Virus record (IMG/VR): IMGVR_UViG_3300035492_000236
Strand: one strand, 5' to 3'
Source of the DNA: a virus
Lineage: Duplodnaviria; Caudoviricetes
Length of the DNA: 64,000 nucleotides
A model generated the notes under the pieces. It worked only from the letters and a program-made list of their open reading frames with translations, had not been told where the DNA came from and did not search any database. Numbering within the stretch: position 1 is the stretch's first letter; every line of letters starts with the position of its first letter. A program made the translations under genes and the position numbers. Positions 1 through 9,026 of this stretch are shown here, piece by piece.

Positions 1-584
1 TCCATTTGTTCAGCAGTGGCATTACCGCCGCCGAGCATTTGCTTTTCAAGTTTACATTCGGTCAGAACCCGGTTGGCTTTCTCGGTGTCGAGAATGTCCA
101 GGTCGAGGAATTGGTCCAGGATCATGTCACTGCGAGCAGTGATCTTGTTGACATCGCCGTGGGTTGCCACCCAACCATATCCCTTCACGGCGTCGTAGCC
201 GTACTTGCCACGCAGGTCATCGATGATGGATTGCAGATACTGTCCGAACACCACATCGAACTCCCGCACCTTAAGGCGCTCAAAGCTCTGGGTGTCTTCA
301 TGTACCCACAGTTCGGTGTCGTCTGCCAGGAACACACACCACCAGACGTTGAAAGTGCGTGGGTGCTGACGCAGCAGACTGCGCACGATTTCTTCAAGTG
401 CGTCTGCCTCGTATTTTTCCCGCGTGTGTCGACGGATGCGTTCAATGCCTTCGACGGTGACGCCACGGACCACACTGCATCCCATATACGTGACACCTGA
501 GATAGTCAGGTCAATTGCCCGGCGGTAGTTCTTGATCAGGCGAGCTTCGTACTTCTGTGCTTTGGTCATTTGTTTTCCAGACAT
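1..584 (-). CDS. Hypothetical protein, running off the left edge (missing from the ORF track)
   Basis: ATG at 584 preceded by TATCTTGGAG; frame MSGKQMTKAQKYEARLIKNY... stays open to position 1. Confidence 0.75.
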   Translation of the reverse strand, partial: MSGKQMTKAQKYEARLIKNYRRAIDLTISGVTYMGCSVVRGVTVEGIERIRRHTREKYEADALEEIVRSLLRQHPRTFNVWWCVFLADDTELWVHEDTQSFERLKVREFDVVFGQYLQSIIDDLRGKYGYDAVKGYGWVATHGDVNKITARSDMILDQFLDLDILDTEKANRVLTECKLEKQMLGGGNATAEQM

Positions 585-612
585 GGGGTCTCCAAGATAA
601 TGAAAGCGTGGG

Positions 613-1041
613 TTATTTTCTAGCGGTAAGGTTCCGCAGTTGCAGGATGAAGCGGATCAGGTCGATGCCTTTATGTTGGTTGACTTTCAACCCCTCATCT
701 ATGAACGTGATCGGGTACTCCTTACGGTAACGCTCAATTACCGCTTGTTCATCCATCGATAGCCTGACCCACGAGAAACGCGGAGCGCCTTCGGTCAGGT
801 AGTAATTCTCAGCATGTGTGGTCGAAGTGTATTTCAGGCGGGTAATCCACTCGCCCAGAAGGGCATGGTAGTTCAGGGTGCGGAGCGTAGCGCGGGCTTC
901 CAATTTCAGCAGGAGCTCATTCGTGGTGTCGGTAAAGCCACAGTTCCAGGGCTGATGAAACACTCGCAGGTCTTCGAGGATAACTTCCATCGAGAGAACC
1001 TCATACTTACGTTCTACGGGATGTTTCAATACGTCGCTCAT
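613..1041 (-). CDS. Hypothetical protein
   Basis: Track ORF 613-1149; MSDVLKHP at 1041 has a GAGG SD and is the likelier start. Confidence 0.65.
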   Translation of the reverse strand: MSDVLKHPVERKYEVLSMEVILEDLRVFHQPWNCGFTDTTNELLLKLEARATLRTLNYHALLGEWITRLKYTSTTHAENYYLTEGAPRFSWVRLSMDEQAVIERYRKEYPITFIDEGLKVNQHKGIDLIRFILQLRNLTARK

Positions 1042-1240
1042 TATGAAACCTCTCAAAATAATCGTAAAGGAGGGGGGGGGGGCAATACCCCTATTAGAAC
1101 ATCCAATATTTAAATGTAACGGGATGTTTGTATGGTGTAAAATAATCACGCAACCTAAGTCACGTGATTAAATATACCTGACTTTTGTTAGACCTTGGGG
1201 TGGAAGTGATAGCGACAATAACGGTTTTCATTGAGGTTCC

Positions 1241-1591
1241 TTAAACTAAAGGCTTTGGGTGAAGGGTTCCGCGCGACATGGCGATGGCACAGCTCTTGGC
1301 CATGCCTGGATAATCGTGTTCACGTAACGACATCCCAGTCCCTGCTTTAACGTCATCGATCTCTATGTTTGCTTTGTGGGGATGTGTGATGTCGTCCCAG
1401 TGTTTCAACAGTTGAATACAAACCCAATCGTAGTCCGTGTCGGACATGATCGGCTCTTCTTCAGGGTGCAAGTAATACAAGTAGCTGGCAGTGAGGTATG
1501 CAGGTACCAGTAAGTTAGGTGACTTCTCAAGACCCTTTCGAGTCCAGCAAATGGGAGGATTCATAGTTGGGTTCTCCAGTGCAAGTAACAC
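1241..1591 (-). CDS. Stand-alone NAD+-dependent DNA ligase domain Ia (Nlig-Ia)-like protein
   Basis: SYLYYLHPEEEPIMSDTDYDWVCIQL...HP matches the Y-Y-x-P-x-SD-x-YD motif of LigA domain Ia; no adenylation domain follows. Confidence 0.65.
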   Translation of the reverse strand: MLLALENPTMNPPICWTRKGLEKSPNLLVPAYLTASYLYYLHPEEEPIMSDTDYDWVCIQLLKHWDDITHPHKANIEIDDVKAGTGMSLREHDYPGMAKSCAIAMSRGTLHPKPLV

Positions 1592-1658
1592 ATTAACACC
1601 AGTCCTGGTAAACTTTCACAAAAAAAAAGGAGGAGAGGCTGACCCCCCTCCTCGATCG

Positions 1659-2066
1659 TTAATGTGTGGTTAGTCGAATGATTTCTTTACACGCCGCGTG
1701 AAGCTTCTGTGCATCCTCCACCATAAGTCGCAAATACTCGTCCCATCGGGGCCGGTGGTGATGGTCTAAGTTGACCGCAAGATGATGCCTTAGCACTTCT
1801 TCTATTTTATCAAGGTCAGACCCAGCCATCAGTCCCATCACCACATAAGCACCGCCATGCGCTAGGGGCTCAACCGCATCCACAGGGACAGCAACGTCCT
1901 GTTCCAGCTTCTTGGCTAACGCTAACTGCATCAGGGCGATATAACACCATTCCCGATTCGGATACTGCGCTATCCAATACTTGCCGTTTTCAGGCAGTCC
2001 TAGTATCACGGCGTACTCGTTCAATATACGAGTCGATGTTTCAATAAACGGGTCAGGCCAACGCAT
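1659..2066 (-). CDS. Hypothetical protein
   Basis: 135-aa ORF in a tightly packed minus-strand run, followed by a terminator. Confidence 0.65.
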   Translation of the reverse strand: MRWPDPFIETSTRILNEYAVILGLPENGKYWIAQYPNREWCYIALMQLALAKKLEQDVAVPVDAVEPLAHGGAYVVMGLMAGSDLDKIEEVLRHHLAVNLDHHHRPRWDEYLRLMVEDAQKLHAACKEIIRLTTH

Positions 2067-2078
2067 ATCATCCCCACA

Positions 2079-2456
2079 TTAAATAAGATACAAATAGCGA
2101 CTGGCGAGTGCGTGAAACTCAGGACGGTTAGACAACACAACCCCGTCTAGGCTTTCGAGTTCCCACACGTCAGCGGTGAAGCCGATGTCGGTGACGTAAG
2201 TGTGGGTGTCTGTGGACAGTGCTCGCATTACAACATCGATGATTTTATCTTGCAGCTTGGTCGCCACATCACGATCGTTTTCAACGTAACGTCGATAAAC
2301 GTCGTTGCTGTACATTACCGCCACCGGAATATATGACTGTAAATAGGTGTCGCGACCCACGGCAGGAATCATCATCGAGACCATTTGGTGTTTACTGTCA
2401 TCGTTCAGGGGGAGGATGACCACCTCCAGGTATTCGTTGATTTTGATGTTACTCAT
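2079..2456 (-). CDS. Hypothetical protein
   Basis: Track ORF 2079-2522; MSNIK start with AGAGG SD at 2456. Confidence 0.65.
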   Translation of the reverse strand: MSNIKINEYLEVVILPLNDDSKHQMVSMMIPAVGRDTYLQSYIPVAVMYSNDVYRRYVENDRDVATKLQDKIIDVVMRALSTDTHTYVTDIGFTADVWELESLDGVVLSNRPEFHALASRYLYLI

Positions 2457-2694
2457 CACGATTCCTCTCTTTCCATGCGGCAATGTGCTCCAGCTCATCA
2501 TCGAGCTGTTTTGAGATCGCATCCAGTTTTTCCCTGAGGTTAAGGTGACGACCTTTAAGGTCTTTCAGATGTTTGGAAGTCAGGATCAAACTCCCGAGCA
2601 AGAACATGATCACAATCGCCAATGCAACGATAATGCCTTGCAATACAACAATACTCATTAGGTTATTTCCTTGTGGTCGTGGTTTCCAGATCAT
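2449..2694 (-). CDS. Small membrane-anchored coiled-coil protein
   Basis: Hydrophobic IVVLQGIIVALAIVIMFLLGSLIL followed by a heptad-like charged tail. Confidence 0.6.
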   Translation of the reverse strand: MIWKPRPQGNNLMSIVVLQGIIVALAIVIMFLLGSLILTSKHLKDLKGRHLNLREKLDAISKQLDDELEHIAAWKERNRDE

Positions 2695-2878
2695 ACATAC
2701 CCACGCCGCCGTGTTCTAGCCGGTGGAGGAGGTTTTGTTGATCACTCGGGAAGAAGCGCCTATATTCAGCAATGATTAAGCGCAATGCTTCTTCCTGCAT
2801 ACTCATGTCACCGATTGCGGACTTGCCTGTCCTGGGGCGCTGTGGCGGTAGTTGAAGATTAAACTGTGGGTGCTTCAT
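2663..2878 (-). CDS. Hypothetical protein
   Basis: 71-aa ORF overlapping the downstream gene. Confidence 0.5.
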   Translation of the reverse strand: MKHPQFNLQLPPQRPRTGKSAIGDMSMQEEALRLIIAEYRRFFPSDQQNLLHRLEHGGVGMYDLETTTTRK

Positions 2879-2991
2879 AGTTAGCGGTACTCGAAGGTGG
2901 CGTCGGTTAATGGGCGAGTTGAGTTAGTTATATACAATGTATCGGGAGGATGATGTTCCATTGATACTTACTCCAAATGTACGACAACGTA

Positions 2992-3417
2992 TCACACAAG
3001 GACATCTTCGCTTCGTATAACACAAATCACCACTGTATGGTGTTTCGATATCCGACGGCATGCTGAGATTTGGTCCCGCTCGATTAAAGCCCCGGCATCG
3101 TCCCCATTTCTGATGTATCTTGCTATGTTGTCTAACAACAAGTTACGGCAACGAGGTCCCAACATATCGAACGGAGTCGTTGTAGACGTTGTGCCGGTTC
3201 TGCCAGTGTATTGTTCTTCCTCTTCCATGTCGGCCATCACAGCTTCGATAAAGACGTTATTGACTTTTCCAGTTTCTCGGCAATGTCGGGTGATCGTGAC
3301 CATAACCGAGAAGCTGTCACCAAGGTCCTTGCGTTTGCGGACAGTAACTTTAGAAAACACAGGACGGTCTAGCAGAACATCGCGAAGCACTACCTTCAGG
3401 TGATTGATCAATTCCAA
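2992..3417 (-). CDS. Hypothetical protein (start uncertain; frame open to 3567)
   Basis: 141-aa ORF from a TTG; about 50 more sense codons upstream without ATG/GTG. Confidence 0.55.
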   Translation of the reverse strand: MELINHLKVVLRDVLLDRPVFSKVTVRKRKDLGDSFSVMVTITRHCRETGKVNNVFIEAVMADMEEEEQYTGRTGTTSTTTPFDMLGPRCRNLLLDNIARYIRNGDDAGALIERDQISACRRISKHHTVVICVIRSEDVLV

Positions 3418-3647
3418 AATCGTGGTGTTCTGCTCGTCCTCGAAGAGGTGGTCGATGACGCTATCCTCAATCAGACGAAACTGGACATCGATCGGTAAAA
3501 GTATCGCCGCATTGCCAATGTCGTATTCGTCCAGTTCTCCTTGATTTATTACTCGTGGAATTTGATGTTATTTAAAGCGTAGATCTATCTTATCATTTCG
3601 ATAAGGCTATCTTCAAAATAGAGCAAGTCAGTGAATGTTGATATTAA

Positions 3648-4106
3648 TTACTGGTCTTTAAAGGAGTAGATATGTGTTGTCAGTAGCTGTTCAAATTCGT
3701 GTTCTTTTCCGCACATTACTGCACGGTAATAACCAGTAATGTAAGTAACGTCACCTGCCAGCTCGAGCGCATTCAGAATATCCCTTCCAGTACGCGCCGA
3801 CTCGATCAACCGATGCATGTTGGAACGACGTTCTGCATCCATCGGCTCCCCACGCACATAAGTGCCGTATTCTAAACAAACCACCGAAGTTTCCTGGTCT
3901 AGACCGATGGGGGTCGTCAGCTTATCCAACTTGACCCCAAACTTAATGATTTTCGCATCATGATCACTCATCCGCCCCAACAACTTGCCGACGACTTCTC
4001 CGGGTATGTGTTTGGCGCCACCATAACGCCAGCAGTAATACTTAAAGCGAAGATCAAACCACCATTGATTGGCGTATTTAAATACGTAATGTATGATACG
4101 TTCCAT
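3648..4106 (-). CDS. Hypothetical protein
   Basis: 152-aa ORF with GGA SD. Confidence 0.6.
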   Translation of the reverse strand: MERIIHYVFKYANQWWFDLRFKYYCWRYGGAKHIPGEVVGKLLGRMSDHDAKIIKFGVKLDKLTTPIGLDQETSVVCLEYGTYVRGEPMDAERRSNMHRLIESARTGRDILNALELAGDVTYITGYYRAVMCGKEHEFEQLLTTHIYSFKDQ

Positions 4107-4129
4107 ATGTCCACCCTAGTAAGGAGCGA

Positions 4130-4711
4130 CTACTTGCTGCTGAATTCAAAACAGGTAATGACTGACCGTTGCGGTGAGGCACGTCGGATGATGGTGAACT
4201 TATTGCCAGCCCGGCCGAACCCAAGCTCACGGTGTCCGTAGCGATTAAAGATTCGTTCATCAAGCCATTCGTCAGCAGTTATGGACACCCACCGGTTCAG
4301 GAAGTCTCTACGCGTCGCCAGCTCATCTTCAGGGCGTTTGTACGTGGAGCCGGGCGGTGTGGAGATCAACGCGGTTTCAATTGCGACAGTGCGTCGAGAA
4401 TCGTCCATGTGCTGTAAGTCAATGCGGACATCGTACTGCCACTCGAGGTCTGATCTGGTACGGACCGTCACCTTAGACACGACGTTGGTATAGATTAACG
4501 CTTCGCCGAGAAAATGATTGAGGTGGTCTGCTAAGATCAGCAGATCTGGCTGATTAGATTCCAGATCGATGTGTTGCATCGCTAATCGTTCCAGTAGCCT
4601 CAGCTTGATGGGTAGTGGGACATAAGCCCCTGCATCACCAAGGTTGTATTCATCCTGGACAGTGATTCTAGCAGGCTTACTTGGGACTTTGAATTCAACT
4701 ACTTTAGTCAT
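4130..4711 (-). CDS. Hypothetical protein
   Basis: Track ORF 4130-4798; MTKVVEF at 4711 with GGAG SD overlaps the upstream stop. Confidence 0.6.
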   Translation of the reverse strand: MTKVVEFKVPSKPARITVQDEYNLGDAGAYVPLPIKLRLLERLAMQHIDLESNQPDLLILADHLNHFLGEALIYTNVVSKVTVRTRSDLEWQYDVRIDLQHMDDSRRTVAIETALISTPPGSTYKRPEDELATRRDFLNRWVSITADEWLDERIFNRYGHRELGFGRAGNKFTIIRRASPQRSVITCFEFSSK

Positions 4712-5978
4712 GGTGACTCCGTGATTGGGTTGTGATAATGTCTGAGATCTGGGCACCGTGGCGGGCTTCGACACCGCCATTAACTTTCGTGGCGGCAACC
4801 TCCCACTCCAACCTCACAGTCCCATCGGCATTGTAACGCCGATTTTTGTGTTCGCTACGGTCATGTGGGATCATTTTCCTACCAGTGTGTCTAGATAACG
4901 GCCCGCGGTATTGACCCAGCTTGGGGATAGCGCGACTGGTGGTGAGGTGCCAGGTAGTAGCTTGCTGTTTCTCGAGATCGGTAATGTACCAAATGACTGC
5001 CTCACGTTTCAGTTCTTGTTCCACCACTTTGCGTTTAACGGGCAATTGGGCAGCAATGGCCGCCTCATACGCATCAAGCCGCGCCTTAAATACCCCACCA
5101 CAACGGCCTAATAATAACTCGGCTAGACGATATTCGTCACTCCATGGTAAGACGAGGTGCGGCTCGGCATCTTCTGACGCGTAGCTGTAAAACGACTCGC
5201 TTGGGATGTGGTACATGTAGAAGGCGTCCTGAGCCAAACTGCTCCGCCAATCCTTAAGCAAAAATGCTTCTTCTCCTAATTTACCTTTAAAAGCTAGCAG
5301 ACTGTACGCTTCCAACTCGCCGCCGCCTTGTTCAATGACAATATTCCACGGCTGGAGACTACCATCGCCATACCGTGGCAGTAATGCCACACTGCTTCTG
5401 AGGTCGACCGTGTCGGGACCGTTGTCGGTTCGGTAAATCACGGCCTTATTGAAACTAGCCAGTAGCTTGAACACCATTTGTGAGCGCGGCGTCAGCTTAC
5501 TGAAAAACGCTTCCTTGGGCTTCATCGCCAATACCTGTTCCCGAGGGACTGGAGGGAACACACCAACCAAGACGTGGTAACTAGGTGCTCTAAACGGTGC
5601 CGGACGACCAGCGTCAGGACCGACCGCAGGGTTGGGGCGGCGATAGCCGAGAGCTGACTGTAATGCGTTCGCACTGGTTTGGTCAGTGTGACTGGTTGCG
5701 GCTCTCGCGGATGATGTCAGAGTTGTCGTAACTGCACTGTGGAAAATATCAGGGCCGATGTCTGTCATGCGACCCCGAGGACCAACAGACTGATCGAATT
5801 GGTGAGGGCTGACGATATCGCGTCCGAACGGGGAGGGCTTTGGTATAGATGGGTTATTCCGCATTTCGTTAACCGTTGCTATCAATCGATGTTTGCGTCC
5901 CATGTATTCGCTGGTATCCAGGTCCCGTGCTTCGGTTTCTCCATGTGCACGTAAGGGGACTTGCTTATACTTTTCCAT
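4704..5978 (-). CDS. Hypothetical 424-aa protein with disordered N-terminus and basic His/Arg C-terminal motif
   Basis: Long ORF with TTCTTGGAG SD and an early-type promoter motif at 6025-6040. Confidence 0.75.
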   Translation of the reverse strand: MEKYKQVPLRAHGETEARDLDTSEYMGRKHRLIATVNEMRNNPSIPKPSPFGRDIVSPHQFDQSVGPRGRMTDIGPDIFHSAVTTTLTSSARAATSHTDQTSANALQSALGYRRPNPAVGPDAGRPAPFRAPSYHVLVGVFPPVPREQVLAMKPKEAFFSKLTPRSQMVFKLLASFNKAVIYRTDNGPDTVDLRSSVALLPRYGDGSLQPWNIVIEQGGGELEAYSLLAFKGKLGEEAFLLKDWRSSLAQDAFYMYHIPSESFYSYASEDAEPHLVLPWSDEYRLAELLLGRCGGVFKARLDAYEAAIAAQLPVKRKVVEQELKREAVIWYITDLEKQQATTWHLTTSRAIPKLGQYRGPLSRHTGRKMIPHDRSEHKNRRYNADGTVRLEWEVAATKVNGGVEARHGAQISDIITTQSRSHHD

Positions 5979-6024
5979 GCGTTGATCTCCAAGAACTGGT
6001 TTGGTTAATGCTCAGATGCATTTG

Positions 6025-6040
6025 GATAACATATACCTGA
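6025..6040 (-). promoter_or_regulatory. Early-type phage promoter motif (A)TATAT(R/T)TYATC
   Basis: CAGGTATATGTTATC; related copies at 1166-1180, 29776-29792, 33033-33046, 37039-37054, 47497-47510, 50285-50298 and 55888-55903, all upstream of minus-strand genes; resembles the phiKZ early TATATTAC element. Confidence 0.6.
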
Positions 6041-6075
6041 AAAATGCTGGATGGTTGGCTATATGAATGATGGCG

Positions 6076-6112
6076 CAAATAAAAAGTTAGAGGGGCCGAA
6101 GCCCCCTCTAAC
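6076..6112 (-). terminator. Intrinsic terminator
   Basis: GTTAGAGGGGGC-TTCG-GCCCCTCTAAC-TTTTT after 6148-7272. Confidence 0.85.
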
Positions 6113-6147
6113 TGTTCGCTTATTACGTGAAAGCAATCTGCGTATTA

Positions 6148-7272
6148 CTACTGGATCCTAAGCCAGATGTAGAATGGAAGATTTCTGGCATATTGCGTGC
6201 CGCTGGTGATATCCTGACCAATAGACATGTCGTCTGGGTTGCCGTTCTTCATCACCTTAAAGGCAATGGCGCCCTTTCGCTCCAGCCAGAATCTGAAGTC
6301 ATTGCGTCCGTTTCGATCCCCACTATGTCCGAGCTCGACCATCATCAGTTCACGGCCGCCATGATACAGGTGTTCGTGGTAATGATGACCGTTCTGGACC
6401 CCGCGCACGCTCACGCCATGGTACGGAGTGACGCCGGCACCCCACGCTGGACTAGTACCAAAATACTTATAAACACACACCCATTTTTCAAACGGACGAA
6501 TAATGGCATATTCATCACGGGTCTTTGTCGGAGTACCTACAGTGTGACTTCCGGGCAGTGACCCATACCAGGCAGTCCGGTCGTGTGTGCGTATGTTTAC
6601 AGTGGACGAGGGAATGCTCGGACTGCCAAAGGCTGGCCCTATTCGGATAGGGTCGGTAGACACTACATATCCAGGGTTCCATCCACCCCCCACATCATGG
6701 AAGGCCTCATGCCCGTGGTATATTGTCGCCTTTAAATGGACGTTCTGGATGGCTTTTGGGTGTTTAATGGTGCGACTGGATCTCCAGACCGGGCCGCCTT
6801 CCCAACCGTTGATGTAATTAAACAGTGTCAGGTTTTGATGATATTTAGTTACGCCTCCATCTACATCCTTAACTGTGATGGCGTCAATACGCACCCAACC
6901 ACTTTGAGCGCCTTGATCAAGACCTTGGTGTGATCCGCGCAACACCTCGGCCACCAAACACACATAGCTGAACGTGTCGCTACGTCCCTCCATGCGATGG
7001 TCCATCATGTACTCCCAAACCTGATTCACATGTCCAGGGTACCGACCTAGTGTATGTACTAGTTCGCGCGACACCGCTTCTTTAGCGGGCTTTATTTCAG
7101 ACATCCAACCTGGCGCCGGGACAGACAGCGCCATGAGATCCACCACTCTTCCTGCATTGACGCCCCTCCACCCCCGATTCACCACCGTCGCCCAATTTGG
7201 GAACCCTTCTTGATCACGACCATCTTGAATGGCGAAGGCCACGCGAGATATCTGACCGTGTCTGTTAGCCAT
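6148..7272 (-). CDS. Putative late/virion protein, paralog of 25579-26403
   Basis: Own TATG promoter and terminator; shares RE-x-H-x-LGRYP, YIN-x-W, YHG and NPG-x-VV motifs with 25579-26403. Confidence 0.7.
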   Translation of the reverse strand: MANRHGQISRVAFAIQDGRDQEGFPNWATVVNRGWRGVNAGRVVDLMALSVPAPGWMSEIKPAKEAVSRELVHTLGRYPGHVNQVWEYMMDHRMEGRSDTFSYVCLVAEVLRGSHQGLDQGAQSGWVRIDAITVKDVDGGVTKYHQNLTLFNYINGWEGGPVWRSSRTIKHPKAIQNVHLKATIYHGHEAFHDVGGGWNPGYVVSTDPIRIGPAFGSPSIPSSTVNIRTHDRTAWYGSLPGSHTVGTPTKTRDEYAIIRPFEKWVCVYKYFGTSPAWGAGVTPYHGVSVRGVQNGHHYHEHLYHGGRELMMVELGHSGDRNGRNDFRFWLERKGAIAFKVMKNGNPDDMSIGQDITSGTQYARNLPFYIWLRIQ

Positions 7273-7349
7273 GATTAACTCCCATTATCGATAATCTAGT
7301 AACATAAGAAGGGTGGGTGGGGCACTGCCCCACCCACCTACGTTAACGG

Positions 7350-8237
7350 TTAATTTATCTTCAAAATGCTGTCTTTGTGCAAACCAAAATACAGCAGTGC
7401 TGTCATCGCCGGTCCATTCACCAACTTACCTTCACTGATCAAAGACAATGCCTCCGCCAATGGCATCACCTTAACCCGAATGTTTTCATTTTCGTGCTCA
7501 AGACCATGCACGCCGCCCACTTTCGTGGAGTCTACGAACCCCACGTATGTGTGGTTGCGATTGTCCGTGAATCCAGGCGACACATAATACGTCATGAGAT
7601 GCTGAATGTCGTACACAGTGGCTCCGGCTTCTTCTTTGGCTTCCCGGATAGCAGCGTCTTTAGGCGATTCTTCCTTACCCACACCACCACCAGCCAGACC
7701 GAGCAAGAACGGGTTGTCAGTAAAGGCTGCCCCCTGCCGGAATTCCTCTACCAGCACGACATGCTCGGTTTGCGGGTCATACAACAGTACAGATACACCA
7801 CTACTGCCGAACATCCCAACATGCTCATGGGGTTCAGACCACTCACCGTCAAAGCGTTGATAGCGCAGTTTCAGCCGTAGTAACTTAAACCAACCCTCGT
7901 AGAGAACTTCGCTCTCGAGGATGTCCGCTACTTCTGCCTTGAACTCTTCTGTAGCCACGTCTTCGTAGCGCAGGTTAGGGCCGGCAGTTCTACGACTGAG
8001 GATGTCAATGAGCAGCAATGCCATGTCTGGTTCGTCTTTCAGCAAGCTCACGAACTCGCTGTTGTTCCAGAGATGGTCCCGCAGTGACTTCCCGTCTGCC
8101 AGTTCTGGCCAGCTACGCTCTTGTACCGTCTCGTCATTTTCAAACACTAACTTCAGCGTTTGACCATCCTCATCCATGGAGATCTCCTCGATCTCCTTCA
8201 ACTTACCATACTTCGTCATAACGACTCCATTGGTCAA
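7350..8237 (-). CDS. nudF: ADP-ribose pyrophosphatase-like Nudix hydrolase with acidic N-terminal extension
   Basis: Nudix box GGVGKEESPKDAAIREAKEEAG; VLVEEFRQG, YVSPG and EHENENI motifs of the ADPRase subfamily. Confidence 0.85.
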   Translation of the reverse strand: MTNGVVMTKYGKLKEIEEISMDEDGQTLKLVFENDETVQERSWPELADGKSLRDHLWNNSEFVSLLKDEPDMALLLIDILSRRTAGPNLRYEDVATEEFKAEVADILESEVLYEGWFKLLRLKLRYQRFDGEWSEPHEHVGMFGSSGVSVLLYDPQTEHVVLVEEFRQGAAFTDNPFLLGLAGGGVGKEESPKDAAIREAKEEAGATVYDIQHLMTYYVSPGFTDNRNHTYVGFVDSTKVGGVHGLEHENENIRVKVMPLAEALSLISEGKLVNGPAMTALLYFGLHKDSILKIN

Positions 8238-8446
8238 TCTGCTATCTCATTAAAGATAGACAAAAACAACGACTCTTCCATCACCCACCGTTTTCCAGCA
8301 GGGCTGTCGAAGGTTGGTGTTAAGTTGGTGTAGTATATCATTCTAATGCTGCAATCCTGACCGTGCTGACACACATCCAGTATTTTACATGGTATCTTAG
8401 AACGGGAGTGATACACACTCCCGATTTTCGCCTCCAATATCGCCAT
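8234..8446 (-). CDS. DUF1653-like small protein
   Basis: G-x-Y-H...QH-x-QD...YY-x-NL...WV...F pattern. Confidence 0.5.
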   Translation of the reverse strand: MAILEAKIGSVYHSRSKIPCKILDVCQHGQDCSIRMIYYTNLTPTFDSPAGKRWVMEESLFLSIFNEIAD

Positions 8447-8733
8447 TAGCTCTCACTTGCGGGCGAAGCAGGGCCCTTCTCGACAAAGGTGTAACGCAAT
8501 GGTGCGTGAGCAGGAACAATGCGACCAACCATCACCCCACTGTCGGAGAACGCGACATTATCAACTACTGTTACCTTGTCGCCAATTTCCAATGTCGGAC
8601 AGGCAATGCCGGGCAACATGGTCAGTGTTGGACCAGTAATCTGCGATTTCAGGTAGTACTCCACCGTAGTGTTTCCTGCACGGGTAATTTCCATACTACC
8701 GTCGACATAACACGCCAATCTTTCACTACTCAT
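8446..8733 (-). CDS. Hypothetical protein
   Basis: 95-aa ORF overlapping the thyA stop and the next gene. Confidence 0.6.
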   Translation of the reverse strand: MSSERLACYVDGSMEITRAGNTTVEYYLKSQITGPTLTMLPGIACPTLEIGDKVTVVDNVAFSDSGVMVGRIVPAHAPLRYTFVEKGPASPASES

Positions 8734-9026
8734 TTTGCCACCTCAAATTTAATAGCTGGGTGATGTTGGTAGTTCACCAACTCGAAATCTTCGGGGTTGT
8801 AGTCGAACACCGTCGGTGCCAGACGCAGCATCTTCAGTTGCGGCAACGAATACGGTTCCCGTGACAACTGCTCTTTTAGCGGTTCGATTTGGTTTTCGTA
8901 GACGTGTGCGTCTGTCGCAGTCAGCCACAGCTCACCTACGTCCATGTCCACTTCGGCCGCCAGGATATGGGTCAGCAGTGCATAGAACATGATGTTCACT
9001 GGCGCGCCGGCCGGCCAATCGTTAGA
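8730..9026 (-). CDS. thyA: Thymidylate synthase, exon 2
   Basis: SNDWPAGAPVNIMFYALLTH...DAHVYENQ...P-x-L...Y-x-HHPAIKFEVAK is the ThyA C-terminal half; the Asn in PVNI indicates dUMP specificity. Confidence 0.92.
   Translation of the reverse strand, partial: SNDWPAGAPVNIMFYALLTHILAAEVDMDVGELWLTATDAHVYENQIEPLKEQLSREPYSLPQLKMLRLAPTVFDYNPEDFELVNYQHHPAIKFEVAK

Noticed and set aside
3418-3567. Non-canonical start or recoding upstream of 2992-3417
   Set aside because: The frame is open and protein-like, but no start codon is suitably spaced from the AAGGAG; a lost start or sequencing error cannot be distinguished
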